DNA of 64,000 nucleotides from Thermococcus sp. JdFR-02 (GTDB lineage Archaea; Methanobacteriota_B; Thermococci; Thermococcales; Thermococcaceae): NCBI GenBank assembly GCA_002009975.1, contig MTLP01000042.1, positions 96,001 to 160,000 of the forward strand, read 5' to 3'. Shown piece by piece: positions 49,787 to 57,658 of this stretch (position 1 is its first letter; each line of letters starts with the position of its first letter). The notes under the pieces were generated by a model. It saw only the letters and a program-made list of their open reading frames with translations, ran no database searches and was not told where the DNA came from. The position numbers and the translations under genes were made by a program.

Positions 49787-50593
49787 TTAATTAGCTATGA
49801 AAGCAAGACGATTGATGAATCTTCTTGATAATAATGCCAGAATAAGAGATATCACAAATCCAGTGCTTCCCAAAAGTTGAACAATTGTGAAGAATTGCTG
49901 AGGAGGAACTTTCATTGCCAATACAAATAACAAAAAGGGTATCAGGCCTACAAATCCTCCAAATTTCATTTGATTGATACTCCTCGCTTTCATACTTATA
50001 AACAATCCAAAAGGCAAAGCAAATAAAAGCATTGAAATTGGTAGAATGATGGACAAGAATATGTACCCTATAGTGGGTGTCCATAGTTTTCCGAGAGATG
50101 TTACAAATATGTACTGGATAGCTCCAAGATTAACTAATATAGCCGAAAATGTCGTAATTAAACCAGCAATAATGCTGGCGATCATTTTGCCCAAAACAAT
50201 ATCGCTTTCCTCTACAGGTGTTGCGAATAAAACCTCCATTGTCTTGTTTATTTTCTCAAAAGCAAAGGATGTTAGTATAATATTGTATGTAGTAAAAAAC
50301 GCAAAAACCTGTATCACCATTGGAATTTGAACTATCATTGTTGCAATAGTTATTGCAGTATCACCAAGAGTATTTAATGATCTCCTCGATATTCCAAAAA
50401 GGCGGGGGTTTGAAAGTATCTGGTTATATGCTAATGCTCGTGATTGTGGGGTTATATATTGGGAATTTGTCAGGATAAGAAATACTAGAACGGAGATTAA
50501 TGAAATTACTGGAAACACGAGTGAATAGAAGGTGTCCTTATTTCCAAGATAGTTCCAGAACTCTTTCTCAAGTATAACTTTAACTTTGGACAT
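49787..50593 (-). CDS. ABC-2 type permease (RiPP cluster 2)
   Basis: About six TM, EKINKTMEVLFATPV...IVLGK. Confidence 0.87.
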   Translation of the reverse strand: MSKVKVILEKEFWNYLGNKDTFYSLVFPVISLISVLVFLILTNSQYITPQSRALAYNQILSNPRLFGISRRSLNTLGDTAITIATMIVQIPMVIQVFAFFTTYNIILTSFAFEKINKTMEVLFATPVEESDIVLGKMIASIIAGLITTFSAILVNLGAIQYIFVTSLGKLWTPTIGYIFLSIILPISMLLFALPFGLFISMKARSINQMKFGGFVGLIPFLLFVLAMKVPPQQFFTIVQLLGSTGFVISLILALLSRRFINRLAFIAN

Positions 50594-51065
50594 GGCTTCT
50601 TTCCCCAAGCTTTTTTATTATCTTGTCTACTCCATCAACGGCTATTACGAATTTTTTCCCATTTTCAGTTTCGATAAATATGCCCTTATTCATGACACAG
50701 TACGCTAAAACTTTCTCTCTCCTTACTGTAGTAAATGTGCCGATCTTAACATTGTTTGTATCAATGCCAATACCATAAGTTCTACCGATTAGAAACGAAT
50801 GTACATCAATAGGCTCTATCTTTGCTATTTTAAATCGCTTCTTTCCCGATAATGTCTTTAGTATAATCATGCTGTCTTCGATATAAATATCAATAGGGAG
50901 GGTTATTACTGCCCACATTGCCCAGAACACTACAAACAGAGACAATACAAATGCAGGAACAAAATAATATGGAACTCCTGATGTAAACACGGATGCCATT
51001 ACAAATATGAAAAAGGCTATAGATCCTGACGCTATCATTATCATAATCCTGATTACCTTTTTCAT
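50580..51065 (-). CDS. two-TM protein with a beta-rich, PH-like domain (possible immunity protein)
   Basis: Two N-terminal TM, beta-rich domain with RTYGIG..IG.F; overlaps both neighbours. Confidence 0.6.
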   Translation of the reverse strand: MKKVIRIMIMIASGSIAFFIFVMASVFTSGVPYYFVPAFVLSLFVVFWAMWAVITLPIDIYIEDSMIILKTLSGKKRFKIAKIEPIDVHSFLIGRTYGIGIDTNNVKIGTFTTVRREKVLAYCVMNKGIFIETENGKKFVIAVDGVDKIIKKLGERSHVQS

Positions 51066-51466
51066 AGTGCATCACTGCAAATTTTTTCTATAATGTCCAC
51101 TATAGATATTCTTTTATTATATTTTTCCAGATAAATAAATCCATTTACGAAAAGCCAAGTTAAAGCAAAAAGTACATCCTGGTTCAATTGTTTTTCGGTG
51201 ACCTCAGGATATTTCTCTCTAAGAGAATTTAGGATAGATTTAAAATTAGTTCCTGACTTATCGGAAGTCATTAAATATATCTGGGCCAGTGTAGGGTTCA
51301 TAACACATATCTTCCCAGTTATTGGATTGAATGTAATAATTTTGCCATCTTTCTCCTGTCTCCACTTTATTGAATTGTTCATAAATACCCTAGAGTTCAT
51401 TATGTCTCTTTTGATATCATCAAGTAGTGGTGGGTTCTTAACTTTGTTATTCTTTATCTTGTTCAT
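51062..51466 (-). CDS. stand-alone PqqD / RiPP recognition element
   Basis: WRQE..KIITFNP.TGK...MNPT..QIY...I...L.EKYPEV...L..DV...L..L...GFI: three strands plus three helices, PqqD pattern. Confidence 0.85.
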   Translation of the reverse strand: MNKIKNNKVKNPPLLDDIKRDIMNSRVFMNNSIKWRQEKDGKIITFNPITGKICVMNPTLAQIYLMTSDKSGTNFKSILNSLREKYPEVTEKQLNQDVLFALTWLFVNGFIYLEKYNKRISIVDIIEKICSDAL

Positions 51467-52617
51467 GTTAGCTCCCTCCTAATTTCTCGGGAAAGTTTAA
51501 ATTGTGCATCTTTCGGCAATTTTTTCAAATTGATATATTCGCCACACTCCTTTCGTGTGAGTAAAAGTTTATTTAATTTCAGGAAATCTTTCTCTGTTTT
51601 TATATATGTAGAAAGTGCTAATAGAACTAGATTATCTCTCCAAATATTTTGTAACTCGGGCCATAAATTGTTTATACCTTCCTCAATATGTCCATATGCT
51701 AAATTTAAATACGGAGTTGGCAAAATATATCCCTCTGCACTGATCGTCAGTACTACAGAATTTAAATATGGCCCTATAACTATGTGCTCTGTGGGATCCC
51801 CAAAAGTTATTTTCAATGGATAATGTCCTGAATTCTCATTGATCCAAGTTATTAATTTTGAGTATTGTTCTTCTGTAGGTATGAGATTTAGATGTCTTTC
51901 ACTTTCTGGGACAAAGTACATAGATCTAACCTCAAATACTCCAAGATCCAATGCTAGTTCAACTGTATTAGGGAAATCGTGAATATTCAAACTGGTTGCG
52001 CAAAATGCTACAGCCGTGTTTATGTTATAGTCAACTAAATTTTTTATTGCATTAACAGCTTTATTAAATGTTCCTTTACCTCTCAACAGATCCATAATTT
52101 CAGATTTTGATCCATCTAACGAAATCTGTACGCTACCGATATTTAATTCAGACAACTTAGAGGCAAATTTATCTGTAATTAGTGTTCCATTACTCACAAA
52201 ATTCACTCCAATGCCTTTTGAATTTGCATATTCTATAATCTCAAAGAAATCTCTATGCAATGTTGGCTCTCCTCCGCAGAGGCATATACCTAAAACCTCT
52301 AACTCTGAGAGTTCGTCTATTATCTTGAACACATTATCTTTACAAAGGCTTGGAGCTACGGTTCTTTGGGGAGCAGCTAGATAACAATATGGGCATTTGA
52401 GATTACATCGGTAGGTAATGTCAATTGCAGCAAATATTGGCCCTTTGATATTATCTATCCAAGACTTCAACTTTTTGCGAGTTTCGATATATTTTATCCA
52501 TGCCTCAAGAAATCCTGGGATCTGTCCCACCCTAATGGGTTTTCCTCTATTTGGAAGAATGACCTCTAAGAGCTCATTAGTCGCATTGTGTAGCTCTTCT
52601 AAAAAAGAAATGTGCAT
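51463..52617 (-). CDS. radical SAM enzyme without SPASM cysteines (candidate peptide epimerase)
   Basis: ITYRCNLKCPYC, GGEPTL, SNG, QISLDG; C-terminal ISAEGYILPTP has Thr where SPASM/Twitch has PC; TAATG overlap with precursor. Confidence 0.88.
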   Translation of the reverse strand: MHISFLEELHNATNELLEVILPNRGKPIRVGQIPGFLEAWIKYIETRKKLKSWIDNIKGPIFAAIDITYRCNLKCPYCYLAAPQRTVAPSLCKDNVFKIIDELSELEVLGICLCGGEPTLHRDFFEIIEYANSKGIGVNFVSNGTLITDKFASKLSELNIGSVQISLDGSKSEIMDLLRGKGTFNKAVNAIKNLVDYNINTAVAFCATSLNIHDFPNTVELALDLGVFEVRSMYFVPESERHLNLIPTEEQYSKLITWINENSGHYPLKITFGDPTEHIVIGPYLNSVVLTISAEGYILPTPYLNLAYGHIEEGINNLWPELQNIWRDNLVLLALSTYIKTEKDFLKLNKLLLTRKECGEYINLKKLPKDAQFKLSREIRRELT

Positions 52618-52880
52618 TAAGAGGCACCTCCGATATTTTTAAACTTACGTATGTCGTAGGAGTCAAAGATCTCTTTAACTGTTGGTATTGCTACAGTAGC
52701 TATAACTAAGACCCAAGCTGCTGCTGCCCAAACAACCGCAGCATAAGCATAGCCGACTAAGTTCAGAATGGCAGCGTGGTTAACTGCTGCTGCATTATTA
52801 ACAGCCACTACATTATTAGTGCTTATAGTAATGTCTGCGGGAGTGCCAACATCACCACCAACAGGGGGCACGTAGCTCAT
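52617..52880 (-). CDS. RiPP precursor B, 87 aa, Val/Ala-rich with Nx5N ladder
   Basis: SD GGAGGTGA; MSYVPPVGGDVG leader; D10, D16, N22, N28, N34, N40 at exact 6-residue spacing. Confidence 0.85.
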   Translation of the reverse strand: MSYVPPVGGDVGTPADITISTNNVVAVNNAAAVNHAAILNLVGYAYAAVVWAAAAWVLVIATVAIPTVKEIFDSYDIRKFKNIGGAS

Positions 52881-53056
52881 GCACTTTCACCTCCTGATGT
52901 TTTGTCTTTTAACGGCAAAGACCAAATAATTACAAAAAGTACTGGCATAATCAGTGTGAATGTTGATCCTGGACCACCAACTTCAACTACAACACTGCCA
53001 ACTTCATGTCCAAGATCTTCTCCAATAGGGGGTAGATACGTCTTCAGTGCTATCAC
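52877..53056 (-). CDS. RiPP precursor A, 56-59 aa (absent from ORF track)
   Basis: (VIA)LKTYLPPIGEDLGHEVGSVVVEVGGPGSTFTLIMPVLFVIIWSLPLKDKTSGGESA*; GTG 53056 or CTG 53047 start (GGGGTGAT SD); ATGA overlap with precursor B. Confidence 0.75.
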   Translation of the reverse strand: MIALKTYLPPIGEDLGHEVGSVVVEVGGPGSTFTLIMPVLFVIIWSLPLKDKTSGGESA

Positions 53057-53223
53057 CCCAACATTTTTGCATTCTCTCCATTATTATGAAATCGACTATA
53101 AGTTTTACTGTAATCAATTTATAAATCCTTGAAATTTATTTATAAATAAATGAAATCCAAATTAATTAAAAAAAAGAGTAATATTTTTAAGTAATTTCAC
53201 TAATCACTATAAGAGGGATAGTC

Positions 53224-54234
53224 ATGATTGAGTCTGTGGGTTTAAGCAAGTTTTATCCTTCTCCGATAAAGGGTCCTTTTGATGTGAAAAGTTTGAGAGA
53301 CTTTCTCGGAAAGCCTCGTGAGGAAATTCCAGCTTTGATTGACCTGAATTTCAAAGTTAAAGAGAGTGAAATTTTTGGTCTTCTAGGTCCTAATGGCGCT
53401 GGAAAAACAACCTTCTGTAAGATTGCCAATGCTTTAGTAATTCCAACTCGAGGAAATCTTTACATTAGTGGTTATGATTCAGTAAAAGAGCATGATAAAA
53501 TCAAAGGCAAGATTTTCACAATTTTTGGTGGTGAGAGGGATTTGTTTGGGCTTTTTCAATGGCGTGTGAGCGTGGAAAAGAACTTACGTTTTATTTCTGA
53601 ACTCTGGAGAATTCCCAAAATTGAAGCTGAAAAAAGAATTAATTATGCTTTGGAACTTCTAAATCTCAAGGACAAGAAAAACGAGTGGTATCAAAAACTT
53701 TCCGCTGGTATGAGGCAGAAAGTATACTTGGCTTTGCCGTTAATACTCCAGCCTGAAGTTTTAATTTTAGATGAGCCAACAGTTTACATAGATGTTTTCA
53801 CTAGGAGAGAAGCCTGGGATGCCATTTTAGAACTCTCTAGAGAATTTGGGACAACAATAATACTAACCACGCACAACTTAAACGAGGCTGAAATGTTATG
53901 CGATAGAGTTCTAATTTTTAACAAGAAGAAAATTGCTGAAGGCAAGCCAAAAGAATTAATCGAAAAATTCCAGACTCTAAAAATAGAGAGGAAATTATTA
54001 GTCAAAATTAAGGGTAAAATCAATGTTGAAGAGTTTGAGAAGACTGCAGAAAAAGTGAACACTTACACCCAAAACGGTTACACTTACTTAGAAATTTACG
54101 TTAGAAGAGACTATTTAAAAGATGTTCTCACAATTTTGACAAACCATAATGTCACTGACATCCAAAACAAAACAACAACTCTCGAAGACATATTTAAAGA
54201 GCTGTTAGGTGGTGAAAATGAGAATCTGGCATGA
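53224..54234 (+). CDS. ABC ATP-binding subunit, divergent from RiPP cluster 2
   Basis: GPNGAGKTT, LSAGMRQK, LDEPT, TTH. Confidence 0.92.
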   Translation: MIESVGLSKFYPSPIKGPFDVKSLRDFLGKPREEIPALIDLNFKVKESEIFGLLGPNGAGKTTFCKIANALVIPTRGNLYISGYDSVKEHDKIKGKIFTIFGGERDLFGLFQWRVSVEKNLRFISELWRIPKIEAEKRINYALELLNLKDKKNEWYQKLSAGMRQKVYLALPLILQPEVLILDEPTVYIDVFTRREAWDAILELSREFGTTIILTTHNLNEAEMLCDRVLIFNKKKIAEGKPKELIEKFQTLKIERKLLVKIKGKINVEEFEKTAEKVNTYTQNGYTYLEIYVRRDYLKDVLTILTNHNVTDIQNKTTTLEDIFKELLGGENENLA

Positions 54235-55021
54235 GCTTAAGATAATTAGGGCATTCATCAGCGTTCAAAAGGAAGTCTTTTTCTCAAGAAGATTTGACCT
54301 GCTTCTTCAATTTATCGGTTTGGGCTTAAATATCATTTTTATTGGAATTTTCGCAAAGCTCATCACAATTAATGCAAACATCTCTCAATACGGCACTCCA
54401 AATTATCTTGATTATCTTTTAATTGGTTCAATAGTCCACAATCTCGTGTTCCTTCCAAGGGGTAGTATTTCTTCATTCGTTTTGGGCAGAGTATTTCCAA
54501 TACTATATAATTCACCAGCTTCCCTAACAGCAATCTTCATTGGAATTAACGCTTGGCGAATTTTGTGGAACGTGGGATTAACTTTGATAATAACCACAAT
54601 TTATGTTCTCTTTTTCGGATTGACTATTCATCTTAACCTTGGCGTTGTAATTGTCATCTTAAGCGGTGTTTTACTTATCTTTGCCCTTGACTTGTTTTCT
54701 GCAGGTTTCAGAATTGCTACGAAAGCGACTCAAGATCCATTAAACTGGTTCTTCAACATTACTGCCCAGCTTGTTAGCGGTTTATACTTTCCACCAGAAG
54801 CGTTGCCATGGTGGCTTCAACCATTGTCAAAAATTCATCCAGAAACTTACATCCTACAAATGGGCAGACTAACAATGGGGGGTGGATACTCCTTAGGACA
54901 AATCCTTCCAAGCTTGAGAGATATGCTCATAATTACAGGAGTAATGCTTCTCTTTGGATATTCAATGTTTGTTTGGGGCTTTAATAAGGCAAGAGAATTG
55001 GGAACTTTAGGACATATGTAA
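54218..55021 (+). CDS. ABC-2 permease
   Basis: About six TM; YLDYLLIG, SGLYFPPEALPWWLQPLS..HP.TY. Confidence 0.88.
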   Translation: MRIWHELKIIRAFISVQKEVFFSRRFDLLLQFIGLGLNIIFIGIFAKLITINANISQYGTPNYLDYLLIGSIVHNLVFLPRGSISSFVLGRVFPILYNSPASLTAIFIGINAWRILWNVGLTLIITTIYVLFFGLTIHLNLGVVIVILSGVLLIFALDLFSAGFRIATKATQDPLNWFFNITAQLVSGLYFPPEALPWWLQPLSKIHPETYILQMGRLTMGGGYSLGQILPSLRDMLIITGVMLLFGYSMFVWGFNKARELGTLGHM

Positions 55022-55031
55022 GGTGAAAAAG

Positions 55032-55307
55032 ATGAGGGTACAAACATTAAAAGTGGATTGTAATGAAGAGAGGATTGCTATAATACTAAAAGTTGAATTG
55101 AGCTTAGAGGAAATTATGCATTCAAAGCTAAACGATGAAGAAAAAGAAATTCTAAACTTCATTATTCAAAATGACAATATAACTCAAAAACAGCTTAGTG
55201 ACATCTTTGGAAACGTCAAAGCCTGTCGAGTTATCCAAAACTTAGAAAAGAAAGGCATAATACACAGAAAAAGAAAAGGAAAAACATACCTAATAAAAAT
55301 AACTTAG
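55032..55307 (+). CDS. small winged-helix DNA-binding protein
   Basis: LNDEEKEILNFI...ITQKQL....KACRVIQNLEKKGII.R...GKT. Confidence 0.7.
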   Translation: MRVQTLKVDCNEERIAIILKVELSLEEIMHSKLNDEEKEILNFIIQNDNITQKQLSDIFGNVKACRVIQNLEKKGIIHRKRKGKTYLIKIT

Positions 55308-55325
55308 GATTATATGAACGGTCAA

Positions 55326-56726
55326 CTAAAGAACACAGCATGGCAATTTTGAGATATCTTTTTTAAAGGAAAGCGCGACAAGTTTTATAGCCTCGCTCAT
55401 GGTTGGAAATACATGCAAAGTGTCAAGAACATCATCTACTGTCATCCTGTTTCTTATTATCATTGCCGCCTCATGAATAATCTCAGCCGCGTTATGGGCT
55501 AGAATGTGAACTCCAAGGATTTCCTTTGTCTTCACATCAACGACCATCTTTATTAAGCCCTTCTCCTCACCAAGTATCAGTGCCTTTGGAACGTTTGAAA
55601 ATTCTACCGTTCTGCATGAGCACTTCGTAACTCTTTGAGCTTCCCTATCAGTTAATCCAACACTTGCAAGCTGTGGATCAGTGAATACAACTTTTGGAAC
55701 AACCTTGTAATCTATTTTGATGCTTTTACCCTCCAAAGCATTTGTTGCTGCAATATAACCTTCTTTAGCGGCAATCGTTTCTAACATAGGTTCTCCTATC
55801 ACATCTCCAGCAGCATAAATGTTTTCACCTGCCTTCAATGTTTCATCAACAAGTACAAAGCCCCTTTCGTTTGTTTTAACGTCTGTATTTTCTAGACCCA
55901 AATTAGATGTATTTGGCTCTCTTCCTGTTGCAAATAAAACATACTCCGCCTCGAAGGTTTTAACTTCATTCTTTACTTTTGCATAGACCTTAACTCCATC
56001 TTCAGTCCTCTCAAACTTTTTTATGCTTACAGAGGTATTAACGTTAATTCCTTCTTCTTTTAGAATATTCTCAAGCTTTATTGTTAATTCGGGCTCAGCT
56101 TGGGGCATTATTCTAATGCTCCTTTGAAGAATTGTTACTTCACTTCCCGCTCTTGCAAAAATCTGAGCAAATTCTAAAGCTTGAGCTCTTCCGCCAACTA
56201 TGATTAGGGACTTTGGGAGCCTTTTCAAGTTAAGAGCCTCAACATGTGTCAAAATTCTATCTTCAACTTCTTTAATGCCCTTAAATTGTAAAATCCTTGC
56301 CTTTGCTCCAGTTGCAATCAGGGCTTTTTTAAATCTAATATTTTGCCCATTAACAACAATCTCACAACTCGATTTAAATTTACCAGAACCATTAACATAG
56401 TCAACATTTTCCAAGCTTTCTAAAACTTCTTCATACTTTGCTTTTCTAAGTTTCTCAATCAGCCTATCCTTCCCCTCGATAAGTTCTTTAAAATCAAACT
56501 TTTCCTCTCTAAAAGATATCCCAGCATAATGGTGCTTTAAAGCTCTCCTTCTAAGCTCCAAAGCCGTTAATAAATATTTGCTTGGCACACATCCGGCATT
56601 TACACATGTCCCACCTATTGAACCTTTGTTCACAAGAAGGGTCTTTACTCCAAGCTCGTTAGCTTTCACAGCAGCTGAAAATCCAGCAGCACCGCCACCG
56701 ATAATAACAAAATCATATTCTTTCAT
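55326..56726 (-). CDS. merA: mercuric reductase (no NmerA domain)
   Basis: GGGAAG, GGTCVNAGCVPSK, FTDP, C-terminal vicinal Cys pair LPCCVL. Confidence 0.88.
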   Translation of the reverse strand: MKEYDFVIIGGGAAGFSAAVKANELGVKTLLVNKGSIGGTCVNAGCVPSKYLLTALELRRRALKHHYAGISFREEKFDFKELIEGKDRLIEKLRKAKYEEVLESLENVDYVNGSGKFKSSCEIVVNGQNIRFKKALIATGAKARILQFKGIKEVEDRILTHVEALNLKRLPKSLIIVGGRAQALEFAQIFARAGSEVTILQRSIRIMPQAEPELTIKLENILKEEGINVNTSVSIKKFERTEDGVKVYAKVKNEVKTFEAEYVLFATGREPNTSNLGLENTDVKTNERGFVLVDETLKAGENIYAAGDVIGEPMLETIAAKEGYIAATNALEGKSIKIDYKVVPKVVFTDPQLASVGLTDREAQRVTKCSCRTVEFSNVPKALILGEEKGLIKMVVDVKTKEILGVHILAHNAAEIIHEAAMIIRNRMTVDDVLDTLHVFPTMSEAIKLVALSFKKDISKLPCCVL

Positions 56727-56756
56727 TAACCTCGCCTCAAATAAAAAAGAAAAGAA

Positions 56757-56957
56757 CTAATGACAGCAACCATGTCTCTTATGCCCATGAGAATGCATTT
56801 TATGTCCCATGTGCTCTTTTTTGATATACTTCTCTGGGTTTGCTTCAAATTGAGCTTTACAATGTGGGGAGCAGAAGTAGTAGACTTTTCCCTTATATTC
56901 TACCTTAAATTCTGTTTCTTTGCTAACTTCCATTCCACAAACTGGATCGATAGGCAT
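56757..56957 (-). CDS. YHS/TRASH metallochaperone with His-rich, Cys-Cys tail
   Basis: DPVCGM...YYFCS..C...F..NPEKY; [18 protein letters not shown]. Confidence 0.88.
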   Translation of the reverse strand: MPIDPVCGMEVSKETEFKVEYKGKVYYFCSPHCKAQFEANPEKYIKKEHMGHKMHSHGHKRHGCCH

Positions 56958-56958
56958 T

Positions 56959-57165
56959 TCAAGCCACCTCCGCTTCGTAGCCAAACTTTGCAATAGCATT
57001 AATTAAATCATCAACTTTGAGCTTTGACTCATCATACTCAACAACAGCCTTCTTTTCTTCCAAGCTAACCTCTGCCTTTGCTCCAATCTTTTCCAAAGCC
57101 CTCTTAATTGTCATTACACAGTGCTGACAGCTCATATTTTTAACATTTAAAACAACTTTTGCCAT
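56959..57165 (-). CDS. copZ: CopZ/HMA metallochaperone
   Basis: MSCQHC, GY loop. Confidence 0.9.
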   Translation of the reverse strand: MAKVVLNVKNMSCQHCVMTIKRALEKIGAKAEVSLEEKKAVVEYDESKLKVDDLINAIAKFGYEAEVA

Positions 57166-57212
57166 GTTGATCACCAGTTTAAACTATACTTGAAAGCTTA
57201 TTGTTCTTATTC

Positions 57213-57227
57213 TTTCCAAAGTGAGAA
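57213..57227. promoter_or_regulatory. CopR-type operator
   Basis: TTTCCAAAGTGAGAA, 48 nt from the copZ start. Confidence 0.65.
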
Positions 57228-57278
57228 TTAGAAAAAGCCAAAACTTTAAAAATTGAAAAGAATTTAAGTTATGCTTTG

Positions 57279-57656
57279 TCACAGAGAATCTATTATTTCT
57301 TTGAGCTTTTCTTCCATGGGCTTCATGAGATTGATTATCTCCTCCCCGGCTATTTTCCAAGCCACACTTGGCAAGCCAATTCCTAAATAAACCCCATCCT
57401 CTCTAACATAACCAAAAGCAGTACATGGAATTAGAGCACCGATATTTGGATTAATCTTTACCAGCTCTGCAATTACATCTTGGTCACATATGAACAAGAC
57501 ATGGTAATCGGCTACAATACCATCTTCCCTCTCTACTATGCTTACAGGAACTCTTTCACCAACAATCAGAAATCCTTCTTCCTCAATTCTTCTTTTAAGC
57601 TCTTCCCAAAGTTCATCTAAATCCCTTTCAAATTTCCTAACATAATAAAAGTCCAT
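57279..57656 (-). CDS. DUF302-like protein
   Basis: LFIC, IGALIPC pattern similar to the DUF302 at 42.6 kb. Confidence 0.75.
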   Translation of the reverse strand: MDFYYVRKFERDLDELWEELKRRIEEEGFLIVGERVPVSIVEREDGIVADYHVLFICDQDVIAELVKINPNIGALIPCTAFGYVREDGVYLGIGLPSVAWKIAGEEIINLMKPMEEKLKEIIDSL

Positions 57657-57658
57657 GT

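Noticed and set aside
36278-52412. Identical CNLKCPYC motif in both rSAM enzymes suggesting recent duplication
   Set aside because: Common form of the CxxxCxxC motif; domain architecture and the rest of the sequences differ
52617-52900. C-terminal GG in both precursors (GGAS, GGESA) as a double-glycine cleavage motif
   Set aside because: The codons are the GGAGGTG Shine-Dalgarno of the next overlapping gene, so GG is a by-product
52776-53132. 118-aa plus-strand ORF in the ORF track
   Set aside because: Antisense shadow of the two precursor genes; no SD or recognisable motif
20811-57278. Mobile element boundaries for the metal region
   Set aside because: No integrase, transposase, tRNA target or terminal direct repeats could be identified by eye
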